The notes beneath the pieces are model-generated. The model ran no database searches. It saw nothing but the letters and a program-made list of their open reading frames with translations, and was not told the DNA's origin. This document shows positions 1-14,300 of a DNA stretch of 64,000 nucleotides, piece after piece. Each line of letters opens with the position of its first letter. Positions within the stretch are counted from its first letter, which is position 1. The position numbers were made by a program, and so were the translations under genes. This DNA comes from the human T2T-CHM13v2.0 reference genome, Homo sapiens: NCBI RefSeq assembly GCF_009914755.1, contig NC_060946.1; one strand, 5' to 3'.

Positions 1-1697
1 CCTCAAATATCTCCAAATATCCATTTGCAGATTCTACAGAAAGACTTTCCAAACTGCTCCATCAAAAGAAAGGTTCAACACTGTGAGATGAAGGCACACA
101 TCACCAAGAAGTTTCTCAGAAACCTTCTGTCTAGTTTTTAGGTGAAGATACTTCGTATTTCACCACAGGCCATAAAGGGCTCACAAATATCCCTTTGCAG
201 GTTCTACAAAAAGACTGTTTCCAAACTGCCCAATCAAAGGAGAGGTTCAACTCTGTGACGTGAATGGACACATCACAAAAAATTTCTTAGAATGCTTCCG
301 TCTAGTTCTTATGGGAAGATATTTCTCTTTCACCATAAGCCTCAAACGGATCAGAATTCTCCCTCTGCAGATTGTACGATAAGCCTCTTTCCAATCTGCT
401 CAATCAAAAGAAAGTTTCCACTCGGTGAGGTGAATGCACACATCGCAAGGGAGTTTCTCAGAAAGCTTCTGTTTAGTTTTTACGTGAAGATATTTCGTTT
501 TTCACCACGGGCCTCAAAAGCTCTCCAAATATCCATTTGCATATTCTAGAAAAAGAGTGTTTCCAAACTCCTCAATCAAAGGATAGTTTCAATTCTGTGA
601 GACGAAAGCACACATCACAACGAAGTTTCTTAGAAAGCGTCTGTGAAGTTTTTATGTGAAGATACTTCACATTGCATCACAGTACTCAAGGGGCTCAGAA
701 ATATCCCCTTGCAGATCCTACAAAAGGACTGTTTCAAAACTGCTCAATCCAAAGAAAGTTTCAACTATGTGAGACGAATGCACACGTCACGAAGAAGTGC
801 CTCAGAATGCTTCTGTCTAGTTTATATGTGAAGAAGATTCCTATTCCACCATAGGCAATAAAGGGCTCACAAATATGTTTTGCAGATTCTACAAAAAGAC
901 TGTACCCAAACTGCTCAATAAAAAGAAAGTTTTAACTCTGTTAGGTTAATGGACACATCAAAAAGTAGTTTCTCAGAAAACTTCTGTGTAGTTTTTATGT
1001 GAAGATATTTCCTTTGTCACCATTGGCCTCAAAGCACTCCTAATATCCATTTACAGATGTCACAGAAAGAGTGTTTCCAAACTGCTCAATCAAAAGAAAG
1101 TGATTAACTCTGTGAGGTGAAAGCACACATCTCAAAGAAGTTTCTCCGAAAGCTTCGGTCTAGTTTTCATGTGATGATATTTCCAGTCTCACCATAGGCC
1201 TCAAAGGGCTAAGAAATATCCCTTTCCAGATTCTAAAAGACCACCATTTCCATACTTCTCAATCAAAAGAAAGGTTACATTCTGTGAGGTTAATGCACAC
1301 ATCAGAATGAAGTTTCTCAGAATTCTCCTGTCTAGTTTTCATGGGAAGATATTTACTATTTCACTCTAGGCTTCAAATGTCTCAAAAATATCCCTTTGCA
1401 GATTCTACAAAAATATGCTTTCCAAAGTGCTGAATTAAAAGAAACCTTCAACTCTGTCCGATGAATGGAGAGGCATCACAACGAAGTTCCTCAGAATGCT
1501 TCTGTCTAGTTTAAATGTGAAGATATTTCTTTTTCACCATAGACCTCAAAGGGCTCAGAATTAGACCTTTGCAGATTGCAGAGAAAGACTGTCTCTAAAC
1601 TGCTCAAATAAAATAAAGTTTCAACACGGTGAGATGAATGCACACATCACAAAGAAGTTCCTCAGAAAGCTTCTGTCTGGTTTTTATGTGAAGATAT

Positions 1698-1714
1698 TTC
1701 CTTTTTCACCATAG
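1698..1714 (+). promoter_or_regulatory. pJalpha (A-box) motif, perfect match; recurs in each variant A unit
   Basis: ttcctttttcaccatag matches TTCCTTTTYCACCRTAG at the position where B-type monomers carry the CENP-B box. Protein binding is not demonstrated. Confidence 0.7.
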
Positions 1715-2382
1715 GCCTTACACTGCTCACAAATATCCTTCTGCAGATACTAGAAAAAGACTGTTTCCAAACTGCTCCATCAAAAGAAAATTTCACCCAT
1801 CTGAGATGAATGCACACATCATAAAGAAGTTCCTCAGAATTCTTCTGTCTAGTTTTTATGTGAAGATGTTTCCATTTTCACCTTAGGCCACAAAGCGCTC
1901 CAAACATCCGTTTGCAGATGATACGAAAAGACTGTTTCCAAACTGCTCAATCAAAAGAAATTTTCAACTCTGTGAGATGAGAGCACACATCACAAAAAAG
2001 TTTCTCAGAAATCTTCTGTCTCGCTTTTATCTCAAGATAATTCCTATTTTGCCATAGGAATCAAGGGGCTCACATATATCCCTTTGCGGATTCTACAAAA
2101 GTTCTCTTTACAAACTTCTCAATCAAAAGAAACGTTCAACATTGGGAGATGAATGAACACATCCCAAAGAAGTTTCTCAGGTTGCTTCTGTCTGGTTGCT
2201 ATGTGAAGATGTTTCCTTTTTCACCATGGTCTTTAAGCCACTCAAACATACCTGTCTGCAGACTCTACAAAAAGACTGTTTCCAAACTGGCCCATATAGC
2301 ATGTTTCAACTATGTGAAATGAATGCACTCATCAAAAAGAAGTTTCTCAGGATTCTCCTGTCTAGTTTTTATGTGAAGATAT

Positions 2383-2399
2383 TTCCTTTTTCACCGTAG
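2383..2399 (+). promoter_or_regulatory. pJalpha (A-box) motif, perfect match; recurs in each variant A unit
   Basis: ttcctttttcaccgtag matches TTCCTTTTYCACCRTAG. Confidence 0.7.
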
Positions 2400-5300
2400 G
2401 CCACAAATTGCTCCAAATATCCATTTGCAGATTCTACAAAAAGAATGTTCCCAAACTGGTCAATCAAAAGAAAGGCGCAACTCTGTGAGACGAAAGCACA
2501 CATCACAAAGAAGTTTCCCGGAAAGCTTCTGTCTACATTTTATGTGAACGTATTTCCTTTGGCACCATAGGCCTTAAACCGCTCGCAAATATAACTTCAA
2601 TTAAACGACCTAGAGACTTTCTCCAGATTGCTAAATCAAAAGAAAGCTTCAACTCTGTGAGATGAATACACACATCAAAAAGAAGTTTCTCAAAATGCTT
2701 CTGTCTAGTTTTCATGGGAAGATATTTATTTTTCACCGTTGGCCCCAAACCGCTCAGAAATATCCCTTTGCAGTTTGTAGAAAAAGACTGCTTCCAAACT
2801 GCTCAATGAAAGGAAATGGCCAACTATTAGAGATGAATGGAAATGTCACAAAGAGTTTTCTCAAAAAGCTACTGTGTCGTTTTCATGTGAAGACATTGCC
2901 TTTGGCACCCTAGGCCTTAAAACTCTCTAAATGCACATTCACAGATTCTACAAAAAGACTGATTCCAAACTGCTCAATCAGAAGAAGGGTTCAATTCCGT
3001 GTGACAAACGTGCACATCACCAAGAAATTTGTCAGAAAGCTTCTGTCTACTTTTTATGTGAAGATATTTCATATTTCAACAAAGGCCATAAAGGGCTCAC
3101 AAATATCCCTTCGCAGATTCTAAGAAAAGACGTTTTCCAAACTCCTCACTCAAAAGAAAGGTTTAACACTGTGAGATGAATGGACACATCACGAAGAAGT
3201 TTCTCAGAAAGCTTCTGTCTAGTTTTTCTGTGAAGATATTTCTTTTTCACCATAGGCCTCAAGCAGCTAAGAAATTTCCCTCTGCAGCTTCTACCAAAGG
3301 CTGTTTCCAAACTGCTCAACTGAAAGAAAGGTTGAATTCTGTGACATGAATTCACACATCACAAAGAGGTTTTTCAGAAATCTCCTGTCTGGTTTTTAGG
3401 TGAAGATACTTCCTTTTTCACCACGGGCCTCAAATATCTCCAAATATCCATTTGCAGATTCTACAGAAAGACTTTCCAAACTGCTCCATCAAAAGAAAGG
3501 TTCAACACTGTGAGATGAAGGCACACATCACCAAGAAGTTTCTCAGAAACCTTCTGTCTAGTTTTTAGGTGAAGATACTTCGTATTTCACCACAGGCCAT
3601 AAAGGGCTCACAAATATCCCTTTGCAGGTTCTACAAAAAGACTGTTTCCAAACTGCCCAATCAAAGGAGAGGTTCAACTCTGTGACGTGAATGGACACAT
3701 CACAAAAAATTTCTTAGAATGCTTCCGTCTAGTTCTTATGGGAAGATATTTCTCTTTCACCATAAGCCTCAAACGGATCAGAATTCTCCCTCTGCAGATT
3801 GTACGATAAGCCTCTTTCCAATCTGCTCAATCAAAAGAAAGTTTCCACTCGGTGAGGTGAATGCACACATCGCAAGGGAGTTTCTCAGAAAGCTTCTGTT
3901 TAGTTTTTACGTGAAGATATTTCGTTTTTCACCACGGGCCTCAAAAGCTCTCCAAATATCCATTTGCATATTCTAGAAAAAGAGTGTTTCCAAACTCCTC
4001 AATCAAAGGATAGTTTCAATTCTGTGAGACGAAAGCACACATCACAACGAAGTTTCTTAGAAAGCGTCTGTGAAGTTTTTATGTGAAGATACTTCACATT
4101 GCATCACAGTACTCAAGGGGCTCAGAAATATCCCCTTGCAGATCCTACAAAAGGACTGTTTCAAAACTGCTCAATCCAAAGAAAGTTTCAACTATGTGAG
4201 ACGAATGCACACGTCACGAAGAAGTGCCTCAGAATGCTTCTGTCTAGTTTATATGTGAAGAAGATTCCTATTCCACCATAGGCAATAAAGGGCTCACAAA
4301 TATGTTTTGCAGATTCTACAAAAAGACTGTACCCAAACTGCTCAATAAAAAGAAAGTTTTAACTCTGTTAGGTTAATGGACACATCAAAAAGTAGTTTCT
4401 CAGAAAACTTCTGTGTAGTTTTTATGTGAAGATATTTCCTTTGTCACCATTGGCCTCAAAGCACTCCTAATATCCATTTACAGATGTCACAGAAAGAGTG
4501 TTTCCAAACTGCTCAATCAAAAGAAAGTGATTAACTCTGTGAGGTGAAAGCACACATCTCAAAGAAGTTTCTCCGAAAGCTTCGGTCTAGTTTTCATGTG
4601 ATGATATTTCCAGTCTCACCATAGGCCTCAAAGGGCTAAGAAATATCCCTTTCCAGATTCTAAAAGACCACCATTTCCATACTTCTCAATCAAAAGAAAG
4701 GTTACATTCTGTGAGGTTAATGCACACATCAGAATGAAGTTTCTCAGAATTCTCCTGTCTAGTTTTCATGGGAAGATATTTACTATTTCACTCTAGGCTT
4801 CAAATGTCTCAAAAATATCCCTTTGCAGATTCTACAAAAATATGCTTTCCAAAGTGCTGAATTAAAAGAAACCTTCAACTCTGTCCGATGAATGGAGAGG
4901 CATCACAACGAAGTTCCTCAGAATGCTTCTGTCTAGTTTAAATGTGAAGATATTTCTTTTTCACCATAGACCTCAAAGGGCTCAGAATTAGACCTTTGCA
5001 GATTGCAGAGAAAGACTGTCTCTAAACTGCTCAAATAAAATAAAGTTTCAACACGGTGAGATGAATGCACACATCACAAAGAAGTTCCTCAGAAAGCTTC
5101 TGTCTGGTTTTTATGTGAAGATATTTCCTTTTTCACCATAGGCCTTACACCGCTCACAAATATCCTTCTGCAGATACTAGAAAAAGACTGTTTCCAAACT
5201 GCTCCATCAAAAGAAAATTTCACCCATCTGAGATGAATGCACACATCATAAAGAAGTTCCTCAGAATTCTTCTGTCTAGTTTTTATGTGAAGATGTTTCC

Positions 5301-8300
5301 ATTTTCACCTTAGGCCACAAAGCGCTCCAAACATCCGTTTGCAGATGATACGAAAAGACTGTTTCCAAACTGCTCAATCAAAAGAAATTTTCAACTCTGT
5401 GAGATGAGAGCACACATCACAAAAAAGTTTCTCAGAAATCTTCTGTCTCGCTTTTATCTCAAGATAATTCCTATTTTACCATAGGAATCAAGGGGCTCAC
5501 ATATATCCCTTTGCGGATTCTACAAAAGTTCTCTTTACAAACTTCTCAATCAAAAGAAACGTTCAACATTGGGAGATGAATGAACACATCCCAAAGAAGT
5601 TTCTCAGGTTGCTTCTGTCTGGTTGCTATGTGAAGATGTTTCCTTTTTCACCATGGTCTTTAAGCCACTCAAACATACCTGTCTGCAGACTCTACAAAAA
5701 GACTGTTTCCAAACTGGCCCATATAGCATGTTTCAACTATGTGAAATGAATGCACTCATCAAAAAGAAGTTTCTCAGGATTCTCCTGTCTAGTTTTTATG
5801 TGAAGATATTTCCTTTTTCACCGTAGGCCACAAATTGCTCCAAATATCCATTTGCAGATTCTACAAAAAGAATGTTCCCAAACTGGTCAATCAAAAGAAA
5901 GGCGCAACTCTGTGAGACGAAAGCACACATCACAAAGAAGTTTCCCGGAAAGCTTCTGTCTACATTTTATGTGAACGTATTTCCTTTGGCACCATAGGCC
6001 TTAAACCGCTCGCAAATATAACTCCAATTAAACGACCTAGAGACTTTCTCCAGATTGCTAAATCAAAAGAAAGCTTCAACTCTGTGAGATGAATACACAC
6101 ATCAAAAAGAAGTTTCTCAAAATGCTTCTGTCTAGTTTTCATGGGAAGATATTTATTTTTCACCGTTGGCCCCAAACCGCTCAGAAATATCCCTTTGCAG
6201 TTTGTAGAAAAAGACTGCTTCCAAACTGCTCAATGAAAGGAAATGGCCAACTATTAGAGATGAATGGAAATGTCACAAAGAGTTTCCTCAAAAAGCTACT
6301 GTGTCGTTTTCATGTGAAGACATTGCCTTTGGCACCCTAGGCCTTAAAACTCTCTAAATGCACATTCACAGATTCTACAAAAAGACTGATTCCAAACTGC
6401 TCAATCAGAAGAAGGGTTCAATTCCGTGTGACAAACGTGCACATCACCAAGAAATTTGTCAGAAAGCTTCTGTCTACTTTTTATGTGAAGATATTTCATA
6501 TTTCAACAAAGGCCTTAAAGGGCTCACAAATATCCCTTCGCAGATTCTAAGAAAAGACGTTTTCCAAACTCCTCACTCAAAAGAAAGGTTTAACACTGTG
6601 AGATGAATGGACACATCATGAAGAAGTTTCTCAGAAAGCTTCTGTCTAGTTTTTCTGTGAAGATATTTCTTTTTCACCATAGGCCTCAAGCAGCTAAGAA
6701 ATTTCCCTCTGCAGCTTCTACCAAAGGCTGTTTCCAAACTGCTCAACTGAAAGAAAGGTTGAATTCTGTGACATGAATTCACACATCACAAAGAGGTTTT
6801 TCAGAAATCTCCTGTCTGGTTTTTAGGTGAAGATACTTCCTTTTTCACCACGGGCCTCAAATATCTCCAAATATCCATTTGCAGATTCTACAGAAAGACT
6901 TTCCAAACTGCTCCATCAAAAGAAAGGTTCAACACTGTGAGATGAAGGCACACATCACCAAGAAGTTTCTCAGAAACCTTCTGTCTAGTTTTTAGGTGAA
7001 GATACTTCGTATTTCACCACAGGCCATAAAGGGCTCACAAATATCCCTTTGCAGGTTCTACAAAAAGACTGTTTCCAAACTGCCCAATCAAAGGAGAGGT
7101 TCAACTCTGTGACGTGAATGGACACATCACAAAAAATTTCTTAGAATGCTTCCGTCTAGTTCTTATGGGAAGATATTTCTCTTTCACCATAAGCCTCAAA
7201 CGGATCAGAATTCTCCCTCTGCAGATTGTACGATAAGCCTCTTTCCAATCTGCTCAATCAAAAGAAAGTTTCCACTCGGTGAGGTGAATGCACACATCGC
7301 AAGGGAGTTTCTCAGAAAGCTTCTGTTTAGTTTTTACGTGAAGATATTTCGTTTTTCACCACGGGCCTCAAAAGCTCTCCAAATATCCATTTGCATATTC
7401 TAGAAAAAGAGTGTTTCCAAACTCCTCAATCAAAGGATAGTTTCAATTCTGTGAGACGAAAGCACACATCACAACGAAGTTTCTTAGAAAGCGTCTGTGA
7501 AGTTTTTATGTGAAGATACTTCACATTGCATCACAGTACTCAAGGGGCTCAGAAATATCCCCTTGCAGATCCTACAAAAGGACTGTTTCAAAACTGCTCA
7601 ATCCAAAGAAAGTTTCAACTATGTGAGACGAATGCACACGTCACGAAGAAGTGCCTCAGAATGCTTCTGTCTAGTTTATATGTGAAGAAGATTCCTATTC
7701 CACCATAGGCAATAAAGGGCTCACAAATATGTTTTGCAGATTCTACAAAAAGACTGTACCCAAACTGCTCAATAAAAAGAAAGTTTTAACTCTGTTAGGT
7801 TAATGGACACATCAAAAAGTAGTTTCTCAGAAAACTTCTGTGTAGTTTTTATGTGAAGATATTTCCTTTGTCACCATTGGCCTCAAAGCACTCCTAATAT
7901 CCATTTACAGATGTCACAGAAAGAGTGTTTCCAAACTGCTCAATCAAAAGAAAGTGATTAACTCTGTGAGGTGAAAGCACACATCTCAAAGAAGTTTCTC
8001 CGAAAGCTTCGGTCTAGTTTTCATGTGATGATATTTCCAGTCTCACCATAGGCCTCAAAGGGCTAAGAAATATCCCTTTCCAGATTCTAAAAGACCACCA
8101 TTTCCATACTTCTCAATCAAAAGAAAGGTTACATTCTGTGAGGTTAATGCACACATCAGAATGAAGTTTCTCAGAATTCTCCTGTCTAGTTTTCATGGGA
8201 AGATATTTACTATTTCACTCTAGGCTTCAAATGTCTCAAAAATATCCCTTTGCAGATTCTACAAAAATATGCTTTCCAAAGTGCTGAATTAAAAGAAACC

Positions 8301-11300
8301 TTCAACTCTGTCCGATGAATGGAGAGGCATCACAACGAAGTTCCTCAGAATGCTTCTGTCTAGTTTAAATGTGAAGATATTTCTTTTTCACCATAGACCT
8401 CAAAGGGCTCAGAATTAGACCTTTGCAGATTGCAGAGAAAGACTGTCTCTAAACTGCTCAAATAAAATAAAGTTTCAACACGGTGAGATGAATGCACACA
8501 TCACAAAGAAGTTCCTCAGAAAGCTTCTGTCTGGTTTTTATGTGAAGATATTTCCTTTTTCACCATAGGCCTTACACCGCTCACAAATATCCTTCTGCAG
8601 ATACTAGAAAAAGACTGTTTCCAAACTGCTCCATCAAAAGAAAATTTCACCCATCTGAGATGAATGCACACATCATAAAGAAGTTCCTCAGAATTCTTCT
8701 GTCTAGTTTTTATGTGAAGATGTTTCCATTTTCACCTTAGGCCACAAAGCGCTCCAAACATCCGTTTGCAGATGATACGAAAGGACTGTTTCCAAACTGC
8801 TCAATCAAAAGAAATTTTCAACTCTGTGAGATGAGAGCACACATCACAAAAAAGTTTCTCAGAAATCTTCTGTCTCGCTTTTATCTCAAGATAATTCCTA
8901 TTTTGCCATAGGAATCAAGGGGCTCACATATATCCCTTTGCGGATTCTACAAAAGTTCTCTTTACAAACTTCTCAATCAAAAGAAACGTTCAACATTGGG
9001 AGATGAATGAACACATCCCAAAGAAGTTTCTCAGGTTGCTTCTGTCTGGTTGCTATGTGAAGATGTTTCCTTTTTCACCATGGTCTTTAAGCCACTCAAA
9101 CATACCTGTCTGCAGACTCTACAAAAAGACTGTTTCCAAACTGGCCCATATAGCATGTTTCAACTATGTGAAATGAATGCACTCATCAAAAAGAAGTTTC
9201 TCAGGATTCTCCTGTCTAGTTTTTATGTGAAGATATTTCCTTTTTCACCGTAGGCCACAAATTGCTCCAAATATCCATTTGCAGATTCTACAAAAAGAAT
9301 GTTCCCAAACTGGTCAATCAAAAGAAAGGCGCAACTCTGTGAGACGAAAGCACACATCACAAAGAAGTTTCCCGGAAAGCTTCTGTCTACATTTTATGTG
9401 AACGTATTTCCTTTGGCACCATAGGCCTTAAACCGCTCGCAAATATAACTCCAATTAAACGACCTAGAGACTTTCTCCAGATTGCTAAATCAAAAGAAAG
9501 GTTCAACTCTGTGAGATGAATACACACATCAAAAAGAAGTTTCTCAAAATGCTTCTGTCTAGTTTTCATGGGAAGATATTTATTTTTCACCGTTGGCCCC
9601 AAACCGCTCAGAAATATCCCTTTGCAGTTTGTAGAAAAAGACTGCTTCCAAACTGCTCAATGAAAGGAAATGGCCAACTATTAGAGATGAATGGAAATGT
9701 CACAAAGAGTTTTCTCAAAAAGCTACTGTGTCGTTTTCATGTGAAGACATTGCCTTTGGCACCCTAGGCCTTAAAACTCTCTAAATGCACATTCACAGAT
9801 TCTACAAAAAGACTGATTCCAAACTGCTCAATCAGAAGAAGGGTTCAATTCCGTGTGACAAACGTGCACATCACCAAGAAATTTGTCAGAAAGCTTCTGT
9901 CTACTTTTTATGTGAAGATATTTCATATTTCAACAAAGGCCATAAAGGGCTCACAAATATCCCTTCGCAGATTCTAAGAAAAGACGTTTTCCAAACTCCT
10001 CACTCAAAAGAAAGGTTTAACACTGTGAGATGAATGGACACATCACGAAGAAGTTTCTCAGAAAGCTTCTGTCTAGTTTTTCTGTGAAGATATTTCTTTT
10101 TCACCATAGGCCTCAAGCAGCTAAGAAATTTCCCTCTGCAGCTTCTACCAAAGGCTGTTTCCAAACTGCTCAACTGAAAGAAAGGTTGAATTCTGTGACA
10201 TGAATTCACACATCACAAAGAGGTTTTTCAGAAATCTCCTGTCTGGTTTTTAGGTGAAGATACTTCCTTTTTCACCACGGGCCTCAAATATCTCCAAATA
10301 TCCATTTGCAGATTCTACAGAAAGACTTTCCAAACTGCTCCATCAAAAGAAAGGTTCAACACTGTGAGATGAAGGCACACATCACCAAGAAGTTTCTCAG
10401 AAACCTTCTGTCTAGTTTTTAGGTGAAGATACTTCGTATTTCACCACAGGCCATAAAGGGCTCACAAATATCCCTTTGCAGGTTCTACAAAAAGACTGTT
10501 TCCAAACTGCCCAATCAAAGGAGAGGTTCAACTCTGTGACGTGAATGGACACATCACAAAAAATTTCTTAGAATGCTTCCGTCTAGTTCTTATGGGAAGA
10601 TATTTCTCTTTCACCATAAGCCTCAAACGGATCAGAATTCTCCCTCTGCAGATTGTACGATAAGCCTCTTTCCAATCTGCTCAATCAAAAGAAAGTTTCC
10701 ACTCGGTGAGGTGAATGCACACATCGCAAGGGAGTTTCTCAGAAAGCTTCTGTTTAGTTTTTACGTGAAGATATTTCGTTTTTCACCACGGGCCTCAAAA
10801 GCTCTCCAAATATCCATTTGCATATTCTAGAAAAAGAGTGTTTCCAAACTCCTCAATCAAAGGATAGTTTCAATTCTGTGAGACGAAAGCACACATCACA
10901 ACGAAGTTTCTTAGAAAGCGTCTGTGAAGTTTTTATGTGAAGATACTTCACATTGCATCACAGTACTCAAGGGGCTCAGAAATATCCCCTTGCAGATCCT
11001 ACAAAAGGACTGTTTCAAAACTGCTCAATCCAAAGAAAGTTTCAACTATGTGAGACGAATGCACACGTCACGAAGAAGTGCCTCAGAATGCTTCTGTCTA
11101 GTTTATATGTGAAGAAGATTCCTATTCCACCATAGGCAATAAAGGGCTCACAAATATGTTTTGCAGATTCTACAAAAAGACTGTACCCAAACTGCTCAAT
11201 AAAAAGAAAGTTTTAACTCTGTTAGGTTAATGGACACATCAAAAAGTAGTTTCTCAGAAAACTTCTGTGTAGTTTTTATGTGAAGATATTTCCTTTGTCA

Positions 11301-14300
11301 CCATTGGCCTCAAAGCACTCCTAATATCCATTTACAGATGTCACAGAAAGAGTGTTTCCAAACTGCTCAATCAAAAGAAAGTGTTTAACTCTGTGAGGTG
11401 AAAGCACACATCTCAAAGAAGTTTCTCCGAAAGCTTCGGTCTAGTTTTCATGTGATGATATTTCCAGTCTCACCATAGGCCTCAAAGGGCTAAGAAATAT
11501 CCCTTTCCAGATTCTAAAAGACCACCATTTCCATACTTCTCAATCAAAAGAAAGGTTACATTCTGTGAGGTTAATGCACACATCAGAATGAAGTTTCTCA
11601 GAATTCTCCTGTCTAGTTTTCATGGGAAGATATTTACTATTTCACTCTAGGCTTCAAATGTCTCAAAAATATCCCTTTGCAGATTCTACAAAAATATGCT
11701 TTCCAAAGTGCTGAATTAAAAGAAACCTTCAACTCTGTCCGATGAATGGAGAGACATCACAACGAAGTTCCTCAGAATGCTTCTGTCTAGTTTAAATGTG
11801 AAGATATTTCTTTTTCACCATAGACCTCAAAGGGCTCAGAATTAGACCTTTGCAGATTGCAGAGAAAGACTGTCTCTAAACTGCTCAAATAAAATAAAGT
11901 TTCAACACGGTGAGATGAATGCACACATCACAAAGAAGTTCCTCAGAAAGCTTCTGTCTGGTTTTTATGTGAAGATATTTCCTTTTTCACCATAGGCCTT
12001 ACACCGCTCACAAATATCCTTCTGCAGATACTAGAAAAAGACTGTTTCCAAACTGCTCCATCAAAAGAAAATTTCACCCATCTGAGATGAATGCACACAT
12101 CATAAAGAAGTTCCTCAGAATTCTTCTGTCTAGTTTTTATGTGAAGATGTTTCCATTTTCACCTTAGGCCACAAAGCGCTCCAAACATCCGTTTGCAGAT
12201 GATACGAAAAGACTGTTTCCAAACTGCTCAATCAAAAGAAATTTTCAACTCTGTGAGATGAGAGCACACATCACAAAAAAGTTTCTCAGAAATCTTCTGT
12301 CTCGCTTTTATCTCAAGATAATTCCTATTTTGCCATAGGAATCAAGGGGCTCACATATATCCCTTTGCGGATTCTACAAAAGTTCTCTTTACAAACTTCT
12401 CAATCAAAAGAAACGTTCAACATTGGGAGATGAATGAACACATCCCAAAGAAGTTTCTCAGGTTGCTTCTGTCTGGTTGCTATGTGAAGATGTTTCCTTT
12501 TTCACCGTGGTCTTTAAGCCACTCAAACATACCTGTCTGCAGACTCTACAAAAAGACTGTTTCCAAACTGGCCCATATAGCATGTTTCAACTATGTGAAA
12601 TGAATGCACTCATCAAAAAGAAGTTTCTCAGGATTCTCCTGTCTAGTTTTTATGTGAAGATATTTCCTTTTTCACCGTAGGCCACAAATTGCTCCAAATA
12701 TCCATTTGCAGATTCTACAAAAAGAATGTTCCCAAACTGGTCAATCAAAAGAAAGGCGCAACTCTGTGAGACGAAAGCACACATCACAAAGAAGTTTCCC
12801 GGAAAGCTTCTGTCTACATTTTATGTGAACGTATTTCCTTTGGCACCATAGGCCTTAAACCGCTCGCAAATATAACTCCAATTAAACGACCTAGAGACTT
12901 TCTCCAGATTGCTAAATCAAAAGAAAGGTTCAACTCTGTGAGATGAATACACACATCAAAAAGAAGTTTCTCAAAATGCTTCTGTCTAGTTTTCATGGGA
13001 AGATATTTATTTTTCACCGTTGGCCCCAAACCGCTCAGAAATATCCCTTTGCAGTTTGTAGAAAAAGACTGCTTCCAAACTGCTCAATGAAAGGAAATGG
13101 CCAACTATTAGAGATGAATGGAAATGTCACAAAGAGTTTCCTCAAAAAGCTACTGTGTCGTTTTCATGTGAAGACATTGCCTTTGGCACCCTAGGCCTTA
13201 AAACTCTCTAAATGCACATTCACAGATTCTACAAAAAGACTGATTCCAAACTGCTCAATCAGAAGAAGGGTTCAATTCCGTGTGACAAACGTGCACATCA
13301 CCAAGAAATTTGTCAGAAAGCTTCTGTCTACTTTTTATGTGAAGATATTTCATATTTCAACAAAGGCCTTAAAGGGCTCACAAATATCCCTTCGCAGATT
13401 CTAAGAAAAGACGTTTTCCAAACTCCTCACTCAAAAGAAAGGTTTAACACTGTGAGATGAATGGACACATCACGAAGAAGTTTCTCAGAAAGCTTCTGTC
13501 TAGTTTTTCTGTGAAGATATTTCTTTTTCACCATAGGCCTCAAGCAGCTAAGAAATTTCCCTCTGCAGCTTCTACCAAAGGCTGTTTCCAAACTGCTCAA
13601 CTGAAAGAAAGGTTGAATTCTGTGACATGAATTCACACATCACAAAGAGGTTTTTCAGAAATCTCCTGTCTGGTTTTTAGGTGAAGATACTTCCTTTTTC
13701 ACCACGGGCCTCAAATATCTCCAAATATCCATTTGCAGATTCTACAGAAAGACTTTCCAAACTGCTCCATCAAAAGAAAGGTTCAACACTGTGAGATGAA
13801 GGCACACATCACCAAGAAGTTTCTCAGAAACCTTCTGTCTAGTTTTTAGGTGAAGATACTTCGTATTTCACCACAGGCCATAAAGGGCTCACAAATATCC
13901 CTTTGCAGGTTCTACAAAAAGACTGTTTCCAAACTGCCCAATCAAAGGAGAGGTTCAACTCTGTGACGTGAATGGACACATCACAAAAAATTTCTTAGAA
14001 TGCTTCCGTCTAGTTCTTATGGGAAGATATTTCTCTTTCACCATAAGCCTCAAACGGATCAGAATTCTCCCTCTGCAGATTGTACGATAAGCCTCTTTCC
14101 AATCTGCTCAATCAAAAGAAAGTTTCCACTCGGTGAGGTGAATGCACACATCGCAAGGGAGTTTCTCAGAAAGCTTCTGTTTAGTTTTTACGTGAAGATA
14201 TTTCGTTTTTCACCACGGGCCTCAAAAGCTCTCCAAATATCCATTTGCATATTCTAGAAAAAGAGTGTTTCCAAACTCCTCAATCAAAGGATAGTTTCAA

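Noticed and set aside
1-22. Local direct repeat caaatatc-tc-caaatatc
   Set aside because: It arises from a few substitutions in one monomer. It may reflect slippage templating but is too short to support a claim.
494-511. ttcgtttttcaccacggg resembles a CENP-B box (TTCG...CGGG)
   Set aside because: There are 10 nt between TTCG and CGGG instead of 7, the conserved A is absent, and the orientation is opposite to a true box in these monomers.
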